Origin: Paraphysomonas bandaiensis
Lineage: Eukaryota > Protista > Chrysophyceae
Direction: 5' to 3'
NCBI GenBank assembly: GCA_965644295.1
Contig: CBFFRP010000600.1
Location: 1-27,322 of the forward strand
Length of the DNA stretch: 27,322 bases
Shown: in pieces, positions 10,092 to 22,000 of the stretch
How the letters are laid out: every line of letters begins with the position of its first letter
Numbering within the stretch: position 1 is the stretch's first letter
Translations under genes and position numbers: made by a program
Notes under the pieces: model-generated
What the model was told of the DNA's origin: nothing
Seen by the model: only the letters and a program-made list of their open reading frames with translations
Databases searched by the model: none

Positions 10092-13000
10092 CTCAAAGTC
10101 ATACAACAACGCCAGGAAAAACATCAGCATAGAAAGTGTCGTTAACAGGTGCAGCAACACTCGAATTCTTTGGTTCACTGTATTCGTATAATCTTTTGAG
10201 AGAACTAAAGCTATGTAACGATGATGGCTCTTAAGCTCTCTCCACAATCGACTCCACGGCGATTCTGTGTTGTACACTGCCGGGAAAACTTCCTTTACAT
10301 ACGAATGAAGTCGCATTTTCATCGAGTCCGTGGTAATTGCATTTTGGGAAGCACTATTCACGTCTGGACTCGGGATTGTCGCACATTTTAATTTCTCCCT
10401 TTTGGAACCATACGCTGACGTTGCCAACATATAACACATTGCAAGGAATCCCATGCCCCAAACTGTCCCAAACAACAATACAACCAACAATACTGCTTGC
10501 AAGTCCTCAGGTGAATCGAACTCCTGAGCTAGAACAACAGTTGCAGAAAAGTCGCCAGCAACGTACTCTGACGTGCTCACGAGCTCCACATACCCCGACT
10601 CTCGCAGAATCACCTGCTCTTGTCCTGTCTCATCCACGCGTCGCTGAGAGGGAGAACGGTTTGTATCATACGATGACAGTTCATCACCTCCGAATTGATA
10701 TCCTATTGAAGTGAGCCGACACAAGCATGTGGTGTTCCACGCAGTATAAGAGTCAACAGTGCAGTTGAAGTTCCCTCTGGTAGACAAGACTCGGCAATGA
10801 GGTTCAGAGAAAATATCCGGACAATGTAGCCTTACTTCTGCGGCAGTGCCATTACAAGCGACGTTCACAGCTGACGGGCGACAGGGTACTATGTGAGTGG
10901 TGTACACATCATGATCACAAGTCACGTTAAATGTGGTATTGCTGGCGTGTACTCGGCCGTAGTAGATAGGATTATTATTTTGTATAATTATCTTGAAAGA
11001 ATCGTTGGTGTATATCGAGCCATCAATAGCCATTTGCAACACATCCGAATTGTAATTCCCATTGTCATAAAGCTTCGACCGAATACTACTCAATGAAACC
11101 TTTAAACTCCGCGAGGGGTGCCGTGTACTATTTCTATGAAATTGGAGAGACGAAGGCAGTAATCCAGCCGACGTCTTTGCAAATGACTGTGGTACTGCCA
11201 TTGAAATATCTTCATTATTAACTGAAGAGGTAAAAACTTCTGTGATTTGTTGAAATGACTTTCGTAAAATCCGGTTCCCGCGTTGGCCCTCAATCAGAGA
11301 TCTTCTTACACCTGACCCATACGTGTCCAGTGCGGACGCAACTCGGGACGCGATGAATGAGCTCTTGTTGAGGAGGAGGCTGCCGTGAGGATGAGTGATA
11401 CTCGACGAGGCCAATGAGGATGACAAAGTATTCATTGAAACAGTGGCAATGCTATCTACTGCTGTCAGAGTGTCACTATAATATGCCTCATATGCGTCCA
11501 CCGATAGCAGTGTAGAGTTCCTTAAAATCGCATCAGCAATATTGAGACCATGCTCTGCCCCCACTTCAGATAGTTCACTCGATTGTGTCGTAAGTGTAAC
11601 TAAAATTTGTTGCCACTCCAAAATCGACTCCACAGTTGGATCATCCACTCTAGTGACACCATCTAGCTCATTCAGATTGGCTTCTCTCATAATAGTGCGT
11701 ACTCTCGCCTCCTCGGCTGTATACTCACAAAACAAACCACTGAATCCTTTATCACATAGACACTTCGCCTCACATGAAGAGTCAATCAATAGACACTCGG
11801 ACACAGCAGCTCCGCTGTCACTGTCCTGAAGTATGCAAGTGCCTCGATGCGAGCAGTTGCCGGTACATGTCTTCCGAAGATAATCACAAACGGAGGGTGA
11901 CTCTGTAATCTTACAGTACTCCCATACACTGCAGTCATAGTCAGTGTCACAAATCACACCAGGAGAATGTGTTAACATATCGCTTTCAGGTACACAACCA
12001 TGGTTAGATGCACCCTCTTCTCCTACATACCCAGCCAAGCATGATCCACATGTATGATCAACACTAAAACACTCATGACGGTTCAGAGTGGTACAGTTGG
12101 GTGCTGAGGAGCAGTTCTTGGTATTCAGATAAGAACTGGACAATGAGAGGATTTGCTTCGTCAACTCAATATTGTTTCCACTCGATTCTAGTTCCAATCG
12201 AAACTTCTCACGTGCTAAAGTTGTCGAGAGGGCTGTATTAGAACGAACCACAACTGACGTCTGCAACCGAGAAGCTGCATCCAAACTATCCAGCACACGA
12301 ACATAACACAACAATGTGTATCCATTCATACTGTCCCCAGGTGGAAATGTGGAGCTGGCATAAGACATCTCCAACCGACTTCTCACAATCGGATAGTGGC
12401 CATCCTCCACATAACCCATTACATAGGACAATGGCAAGTCTTCATCAGACCAAGACTCCGCAATGAGCGTAAAGACTGTATCCCACGCTATACCTGAGGG
12501 AGGGAACACTGAAAGTAGACCAGGCTGAGGAGGAGTATTAAACATCACTGTCAATGATACTGTGGACGAGCCACAGGTAAGTGAAAATACATAGGGAACC
12601 GACCGACCAGGAATAGAGCCGGCACTAACAACCAAATTGACTGACTGTAGCCCTTTTGCTAGTAATACATACGTTGCCGTAGATGTGATAGAAGCCAGAT
12701 CAACAGATGGCTCGTTGATAGCCCAAAATGCTGATTGGGCCACACTTAATTGCGCAGTTCCCAGCAAAACCAGAGAAGACAAAGGGTTGACACCATTCGC
12801 TGCTCCGCTTCTCCTTATAGACACAATCGGAGCCAATGCTTCAGTCACTCGCACAACCACTGAGCTCTCCGCTTGCCTGCCGTCAGCAACACTAAGCACT
12901 TCCACACTTATCGAATACTCCGAGTGCTCCTTTGTCTTATTCGTTGTAAATATATGAAGTAAATGTGGAGTTGTGATAGCATTTGATTGTATATTCAAAT

Positions 13001-16000
13001 CATCACACCGCAGAAGGAGAGCTGGAAACAACTGCATACAAGTCCAGCGGAATTCAAACCCACTGCTCTCAGCTGGAGGGCGTAATTCGGGTGGAATATT
13101 TTTATCATAACTGCCAGATGCATCCAATAACACACTTCCGCCGATTCGCAATGATTGCTGTGATCCTCCCTCAATGATTGCCACAATATCGGACTGAACT
13201 ACTGACACGTATACAACTGTGGATGAGGACAGCCCCGACAGAGAGTTTGTCACAGATAACTTTATTTCGTAAACAGAACTTACGTTAAAAGAATAAGGTA
13301 GCAACTTAAATTTTCTCGGGTCACTCGACAACGACACTAACTCAAAGTGCTCCACTTCATCCTCGAATATTTTCCAATCATAGATTAAGTTGGAATACGA
13401 TGCAGAACCGTCGCATTCAGTTAAAAAAGCATTAGACTGCAGTACCAGAGGAGTGTAAGTGAATATCTGTCGAGAGAGTTGTCCCACCATAGAAACATAC
13501 GGCAGAATATCATTTACGGTTTTTATGATAGCTATGGCAGAGCTGCATTCACCGAAAAAATTGCACAGCCATAGCTCAAAAATGTACCTATAACCACCTT
13601 GAAATAATTGCGCTGGCATTGCAGGTGGTGGGCTAATCACGTAATTCTCTATAAGCCATTCCTGAACTGTATGGACGGTATCGCTAAAACTGGTCACAGT
13701 GATGTTGAAGTGTTTCCATGGTCGACCACCCGAACCAGAGGAGGCAGTAATATCGATCACAGGTCTGTCGCAGGGACCGGAGACTTTTGGGTGTGTCACA
13801 ACGAGGGTGGGTGAGATGGGGTCGTAGGGGGCAGCTAAAACCATCTCTGTCCTGTTCACAGTAGCCCAGCCAGTACACTCTGACGATGTGGAGGTGCATT
13901 GAGCTCTCAGTTTACCCCGCAGTAGCACCACACTATCACCCACTTCAGGTAGAAGAGGTCCTTTGAAATACACAGTAAGTGTGGTGGCCGAGGTCCAAAG
14001 GCAGTCCGACGATAAGGCCCCAGCTACATCCAGGAGACGAGAGCACTTGAAATATGAGGAATACTGCGCCTTGTCTGTAGGCGAATCAAATTTCAGGACA
14101 GCGGACTCACCACTCTTTGAGAACTGCGCTGACATTAAACGCGGGGTGCTGGGTTCTACTTCAGAGGGCTCTACAGTGAACGACTGCCCACTTCGGAAGA
14201 TTACATCATACTCCTGCTGCACTGCAAAATCCATCATAGTCACCTGTAGTGTGTACAGTCCCGGCGCACAGTTGGCGACAGTGAAGTAATGTGTCTTCGA
14301 CCATGAGGAACGTGTAACAGTCACAATGTCATCCAGAAAGGGGGATACAGTGTACGAACCACTGCTGTTTGACACCCCAGCAGATATCCACATACCACTG
14401 CTGGATGACGGAGCTGCCGAAAGGGTTACTACAACCATATTCCAGCCCACACTATTTTCTTGCAGTACAAACATATTCAAATCCACAAATATGCTCTTAC
14501 AACAGAGAGTTTCCCAAACGACTGCATTCGAGAGCATTTCTTCATACGAGGGAGCTAACAGGTGATTGTTTTGCGTGACACAATAGAGTGTGTAATTCGT
14601 GGACGGTGTTAGAGATGTTATTGTGATTGAGGCGTTAACAGAAGCATCGTCCACGTAGTCAAAATTGTTTGTAGAAATTACAGAATTTACAGAGTCGACG
14701 ATTACCATAGATTCAAAGCTTGCGCAATACACATAGCCTCTGTTAGAGAGCTGAATTGAAAGTGTAACGTGATCTCGATACACAGTCCAGTCCATATGTA
14801 ATATCTCAGGTAAACGTGCAACTGAAGGAGCATGCGTCGATGGAAAAATCGAATGTAGTTGTCCAGATGGCAGTGCAGTAGGTTGGACAAATGGTGGTGC
14901 TGTTGGTTCACCAAATGGCTGTCCTGTGGGTATTCGAGATGGTTGACTTGATGACGGTAGTGTTGGAATCCGAGATGGCTGTACTATAGGTTGTTCTGAT
15001 GGTAATCTAGAAGAAATTCCAGATGGTTGTCCTGTTGATTCACTTGATGGCAGTCCTGCTGGTTCACTAGATGGTTGCCCTGTTGGTACACTTGACGGCT
15101 GTCCACTAGGTTGACCAGATGGTTGTCCACTGGGTTGACCAGATGGCTGTCCAGTAGGGATCCCAGATGGTTGTCCACTAGGTTCACCAGATGGCGGTTC
15201 ACTAGGTAGGCCAGATGGTTGTCCACTAGGTTGACCAGATGGCTCACCTGTGGGTTCACTAGATGGCTGTCCAGTAGGGATCCCAGATGGCTGTCCTGTG
15301 GGTTCACAAGATGGCGGTTCACTAGGTAGGCCAGATGGTTGTCCACTAGGTTGGCATGATGGCTGCCCCGTAGGTTGCCCAGATGGCGGTCCACTAGGTT
15401 GACCAGATGGCTCACCTGTGGGTTCACTAGATGGCTGTCCAGTAGGGATCCCAGATGGTTGTCCACTAGGTTGACCAGATGGCTGTCCTGTCGGTTCACC
15501 AGATGGCGGTTCACTAGGTTGACATGATGGCTGTCCAGTAGGGATCCCAGATGGTTGTCCACTAGGTTGACATGATGGCTGTCCTGTCGGTTCGATTGAT
15601 GGCTGTGCACTGGGTTGACCAGATGGCTCACCTGTGGGTTCACTAGATGGCTGTCCACTGGGTTGACCAGATGGCTGTCCAGTAGGGATCCCAGATGGCT
15701 GTCCTGTGGGTTCACAAGATGGCGGTTCACTAGGTAGGCCAGATGGTTGTCCACTAGGTTGGCATGATGGCTGCCCCGTAGGTTGCCCAGATGGCGGTCC
15801 ACTAGGTTGACGAGATGGCTGTCCTGTCGGTTCACCAGATGGCGGTTCACTAGGTTGACCAGATGGCTGTCCAGTAGGGATCCCAGATGGCTGTCCTGTG
15901 GGTTCACCAGATGGCGGTTCACTAGGTAGGCCAGATGGTTGTCCACTAGGTTGGCATGATGGCTGCCCCGTAGGTTGCCCAGATGGCGGTCCACTAGGTT

Positions 16001-19000
16001 GACCAGATGGTTGTCCACTAGGTTGACGAGATGGCTGTCCTGTCGGTTCACCAGATGGCTCACCTGTGGGTTGACATGATGGCTGCCCAGTAGGGATCCC
16101 AGATGGTTGTCCACTAGGTTGACCAGATGGCTGTCCTGTCGGTTCACCAGATGGCTCACCTGTGGGTTGACATGATGGCTGTCCAGTAGGGATCCTAGAT
16201 GGCGGTCGACTAGGTTGGCCAGATGGCTGTCCTGTGGGTTCACAAGATGGCGGTTCACTAGGTAGGCCAGATGGTTGTCCACTAGGTTGACCAGATGGCT
16301 GCCCCGTAGGTTGCCCAGATGGCGGTCCACTAGGTTGGCCAGATGGTTGTCCTGTGGGTTCACTAGATGGCTGTCCAGTAGGGATCCCAGATGGCTGTCC
16401 ACTAGGTTGACCAGATGGCTGTCCAGTAGGGATCACAGATGGCTCACCTGTGGGTTGACATGATGGTTGTCCACTAGGTTCATCAGATGGCTGCCCAGTA
16501 GGGATCCCAGATGGTTGTCCACTAGGTTGACGAGATGGCTGTCCTGTCGGTTCACCAGATGGCTCACCTGTGGGTTGGCATGATGGCTGTCCAGTAGGGA
16601 TCCCAGATGGTTGTCCACTAGGTTGGCCAGATGGCTGTCCTGTTGGTTCACCAGATGGCTCACCTGTAGGTTGACCAGATGGTTGTCCACTAGGTTGACG
16701 AGATGGCTGTCCTGTCGGTTCACCAGATGGCTCACCTGTGGGTTGGCATGATGGCTGTCCTGTCGGTTCACCAGATGGTTGTCCACTAGGTTGGCCAGAT
16801 GGCTGTCCTGTTGGTTCACCAGATGGCTCACCTGTAGGTTGACCAGATGGTTGTCCACTAGGTTGACGAGATGGCTGTCCTGTCGGTTCACCAGATGGCT
16901 CACCTGTGGGTTGGCATGATGGCTGTCCTGTCGGTTCACCAGATGGCTCACCTGTAGGTTGACCAGATGGTTGTCCACTAGGTTGACGAGATGGCTGTCC
17001 TGTCGGTTCACCAGATGGCTCACCTGTGGGTTGACATGATGGCTGTCCAGTAGGGATCCCAGATGGTTGTCCACTAGGTTGACCAGATGGCTGTCCTGTT
17101 GGTTCGGTAGATGGTTGTCCACTAGGTTGACCAGATGGCTGCCCCGTAGGTTGCCCAGATGGCGGTCCACTAGGTTGGCCAGATGGTTGTCCTGTGGGTT
17201 CACTAGATGGCTGTCCAGTAGGGATCCCAGATGGCTGTCCACTAGGTTGACCAGATGGCTGTCCAGTAGGGATCACAGATGGCTCACCTGTGGGTTGACA
17301 TGATGGTTGTCCACTAGGTTCATCAGATGGCTGCCCAGTAGGGATCCCAGATGGTTGTCCACTAGGTTGACGAGATGGCTGTCCTGTCGGTTCACCAGAT
17401 GGCTCACCTGTGGGTTGGCATGATGGCTGTCCAGTAGGGATCCCAGATGGTTGTCCACTAGGTTGGCCAGATGGCTGTCCTGTTGGTTCACCAGATGGCT
17501 CACCTGTAGGTTGACCAGATGGTTGTCCACTAGGTTGACGAGATGGCTGTCCTGTCGGTTCACCAGATGGCTCACCTGTGGGTTGGCATGATGGCTGTCC
17601 TGTCGGTTCACCAGATGGTTGTCCACTAGGTTGGCCAGATGGCTGTCCTGTTGGTTCACCAGATGGCTCACCTGTAGGTTGACCAGATGGTTGTCCACTA
17701 GGTTGACGAGATGGCTGTCCTGTCGGTTCACCAGATGGCTCACCTGTGGGTTGGCATGATGGCTGTCCTGTCGGTTCACCAGATGGCTCACCTGTAGGTT
17801 GACCAGATGGTTGTCCACTAGGTTGACGAGATGGCTGTCCTGTCGGTTCACCAGATGGCTCACCTGTGGGTTGACATGATGGCTGTCCAGTAGGGATCCC
17901 AGATGGTTGTCCACTAGGTTGACCAGATGGCTGTCCTGTTGGTTCGGTAGATGGTTGTCCTGTAGGTTGACTAGATGGTTGTCCTGAAGGGAAAGGGGTC
18001 GGTGCTGATGTGGGCCTCAAGCATTCATGGTAACTGGTTTGTGTGAGGTAGAATGTTGTTAATTGAGTCATTGTGCATAGCTCGGAAGGGTAGACACCTG
18101 TGAACATATTGCCATCACCCCTTAGAACTCGTAATTTAGTTAGACTGGAAAAAGAGTCGGGGAGAGGACCCGTTAAGGAATTGTCATATAGATAGAGAAC
18201 ACTAAGAGAAGTCATCTGACCCAGTGATGAGGGGAGAGTACCCGTTAAGGAATTGTCACGTAGACGGAGATCACTAAGAGAAGTCATCAGTGATGAGGGG
18301 AGAGGACCTGTTAAGGAATTCTCAGATAGATAGAGTTCACTAAGAGAAGTCATCTGACCCAGTGATGAGGGGAGAGGACCCGTTAAGGAATTGTCATATA
18401 GTTCGAGTCTACTAAGAGAAGTCATCTGACCCAGTGATGAAGGGAGAGGACCCGTTAAGGAATTGACATATAGATAGAGTTCACGAAGAGAAGTCATCTG
18501 ACCCAGTGATGAAGGGAGAGGACCCGTTAAGGAATTGGAAGATAGACTGAGAACACTAAGAGAAGTCATCTGTCCCAGTGATGAGGGGAGTGTTCCGATG
18601 AGAGAGTTGACACCAATATTCAAATATGTCAATGCAGTCATATCGCTGATTGATGAGGGGAGAGATCCTGATATATCATCATCCCATAAGTCCACTCTGG
18701 TTATGTTCGATCCTGTGCAGGTGACTCCAGTGAAGCTGCACTTGTTCCCCACATCCGCACAGGTCCACTCAGACCATGCGGAGGTAACATCAGTCGCCTG
18801 AATGAAGTCACACAGCGCTGCCTCTTCCAAGTTAATTGTCGGTTGTCCTGAAGGGAAAGGGGTCGGTGCTGATGTGGGCCTCAAGCATTCATGGTAACTG
18901 GTTTGTGTGAGGTAGAATGTTGTTAATTGAGTCATTGTGCATAGCTCGGAAGGGTAGACACCTGTGAACATATTGCCATCACCCCTTAGAATTCGTAATT

Positions 19001-19052
19001 TAGTTAGACTGGAAAAAGAGTCGGGGAGAGAACCCGTTAAGGAATTGTCATA
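10092..19052 (-). CDS. Rest of the large exon: solenoid 7, Pro-rich stalk, FN3-like, REJ/PKD-like, EGF-like, GAIN/GPS-like, TM1-TM2
   Basis: FN3-like ITSLTPSTNYTLYC (~14580-14630). REJ-type motifs IDITASSGSGGRPW, LLDASGSYD, FRWTC, NTPP..G.LSV.P..G....T.F.L....WSDEDLPLSY (~12280-13830). EGF CSHRGTC...CLCDKGFSGLFC (~11720-11870). TM1 ~10421-10503. Splice donor GAG|GTATAG. Confidence 0.85.
14870..17990 (-). repeat. Coding minisatellite with a 12-bp unit (xQPS/xEPT tetrapeptides, roughly 260 units); mucin/extensin-like stalk
   Basis: Pro every fourth residue. Higher-order 840-bp tandem duplication (16269-17120 matches 17109-17960). Confidence 0.95.
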
Positions 19053-22000
19053 TATAGATAGAGATATCTAAGAGAAGTCATCTGACCCAGTGATGAGGGG
19101 AGTGTACCGATGAGAGAGTTGTAACCAATATCCAAATATGTCAATGCAGTCATATCACCGATAGATGAGGGGAGAGGACCCGTTAAGGAATTGGAATATA
19201 GATGGAGATTACTAAGAGAAGTCATCTGACCCGGTGATGAGGGGAGAGGACCCGTTAAGGAATTGGAATATAGATAGAGATATCTAAGAGAAGTCATCTG
19301 ACCCAGTGATGAGGGGAGTGTACCGATGAGAGAGTTGTAACCAATATCCAAATATGTCAATGCAGTCATATCACCGATAGATGAGGGGAGAGGACCCGTT
19401 AAGGAATTATAATGTAGACGGAGACTACTAAGAGAAGTCATCTGACCCAATGATGAGGGGAGAGGACCCGTTAAGGAATTGCCAAATAGATAGAGAACAC
19501 TAAGAGAAGTCATCTGACCCAGTGATGAGGGGAGAGGACCCGTTAAGGAATTGTCATATAGTTCGAGTCTACTAAGAGAAGTCATCTGACCCAGTGATGA
19601 GGGGAGAGGACCCGTTAAGGAATTGGAATATAGATGGAGATTACTAAGAGAAGTCATCTGACCCGGTGATGAGGGGAGAGGACCCGTTAAGGAATTGGAA
19701 TATAGATAGAGATATCTAAGAGAAGTCATCTGACCCAGTGATGAGGGGAGTGTACCGATGAGAGAGTTGTAACCAATATCCAAATATGTCAATGCAGTCA
19801 TATCACCGATAGATGAGGGGAGAGGACCCGTTAAGGAATTATAATGTAGACGGAGAACACTAAGAGAAGTCATCTGACCCAGTGATGAGGGGAGTGTTCC
19901 GATGAGAGAGTTGGAACCAATATTCAAAAACGTCAATGCAGTCATATCGCTGATAGATAAGGGGAGAGATCCTGATATTCCATCATCCCATAAGTCCACT
20001 CTGGTTATGTTCGATCCTGTGCAGGTGACTCCAGTGAAAGTGCACTTGTTCCCCACATCCGCACAGGTCCACTCAGACCATACGGAGGTAATATCAGTTG
20101 CCTCAATGAAATCACACAGCGCTGCCTCTTCCAGGATAATTGTCGGTTCACTAGATGGTTGTCCTGAAGGGAAAGGAGTCGGGGCTGATGTGGGTCTCAA
20201 GCATTCGTGGTAACTGGTTTGTGTGAGGTAGAATGTTGTTAATTTAGTCATTGTACATAGCTCGGAAGGGTAGACATCTGAGAACATATTGCCATCACCT
20301 CTTAGATATTGCAATTTGGTTAGACTGGAAAGAGAGTCGGGGAGAGTACCCGTTAAGGAATTGTCACGTAGACTGAGATATCTAAGAGAAGTCATCTGAC
20401 CCAGTGATGAGGGGAGAGGACCCGTTAAGGAATTGAAATATAGATGGAGATTACTAAGAGAAATCATCTGACCCAATGATGAGGGGAGTGTACCGATGAG
20501 AAAGTTGTGACCAATATCCAAATAAGTCAATGCAGTCATATCGCTGATAGATGAGGGGAGAGGACCCGTTAAGGAATTGCCATATAGATTGAGATATCTA
20601 AGAGAAGTCATCTGACCCAGTGATGAGGGGAGAGGACCCGTTAAGGAATTGTCATATAGTTCGAGTCTACTAAGAGAAGTCATCTGACCCAGTGATGAGG
20701 GGAGAGGACCCGTTAAGGAATTGGAATATAGTTCGAGTCTACTAAGAGAAGTCATCTGACCCAGTGATGAGGGGAGAGGACCCGTTAAGGAATTGGAATA
20801 TAGATGGAGATTACTAAGAGAAGTCATCTGACCCGGTGATGAGGGGAGAGGACCCGTTAAGGAATTGGAATATAGATAGAGATATCTAAGAGAAGTCATC
20901 TGACCCAGTGATGAGGGGAGTGTACCGATGAGAGAGTTGTAACCAATATCCAAATATGTCAATGCAGTCATATCACCGATAGATGAGGGGAGAGGACCCG
21001 TTAAGGAATTATAATGTAGACGGAGAACACTAAGAGAAGTCATCTGACCCAGTGATGAGGGGAGTGTTCCGATGAGAGAGTTGACACCAATATTCAAATA
21101 TGTCAATGCAGTCATATCGCTGATTGATGAGGGGAGAGATCCTGATATATCATCATCCCATAAGTCCACTCTGGTTATGTTCGATCCTGTGCAGGTGACT
21201 CCAGTGAAGCTGCACTTGTTCCCCACATCCGCACAGGTCCACTCAGACCATGCGGAGGTAACATCAGTCGCCTGAATGAAGTCACACAGCGCTGCCTCTT
21301 CCAAGTTAATTGTCGGTTGTCCTGAAGGGAAAGGGGTCGGTGCTGATGTGGGCCTCAAGCATTCATGGTAACTGGTTTGTGTGAGGTAGAATGTTGTTAA
21401 TTGAGTCATTGTGCATAGCTCGGAAGGGTAGACACCTGTGAACATATTGCCATCACCCCTTAGAATTCGTAATTTAGTTAGACTGGAAAAAGAGTCGGGG
21501 AGAGAACCCGTTAAGGAATTGTCATATATAGATAGAGATATCTAAGAGAAGTCATCTGACCCAGTGATGAGGGGAGTGTACCGATGAGAGAGTTGTAACC
21601 AATATCCAAATATGTCAATGCAGTCATATCACCGATAGATGAGGGGAGAGGACCCGTTAAGGAATTGGAATATAGATGGAGATTACTAAGAGAAGTCATC
21701 TGACCCGGTGATGAGGGGAGAGGACCCGTTAAGGAATTGGAATATAGATAGAGATATCTAAGAGAAGTCATCTGACCCAGTGATGAGGGGAGTGTACCGA
21801 TGAGAGAGTTGTAACCAATATCCAAATATGTCAATGCAGTCATATCACCGATAGATGAGGGGAGAGGACCCGTTAAGGAATTATAATGTAGACGGAGACT
21901 ACTAAGAGAAGTCATCTGACCCAATGATGAGGGGAGAGGACCCGTTAAGGAATTGCCAAATAGATAGAGAACACTAAGAGAAGTCATCTGACCCAGTGAT

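Noticed and set aside
14984-17914. Long alternative-frame and antisense ORFs (DSHLVN..., STRLTRW...)
   Set aside because: By-products of a stop-poor 12-bp coding repeat.
21460-21530. Small intron rescuing the frameshift via the TTTTTCCAG acceptor
   Set aside because: The nearest GT lies after the TAA, and the upstream G|GT donors I checked are phase 1 while this acceptor needs phase 2. More distant splicing needs cDNA to test.
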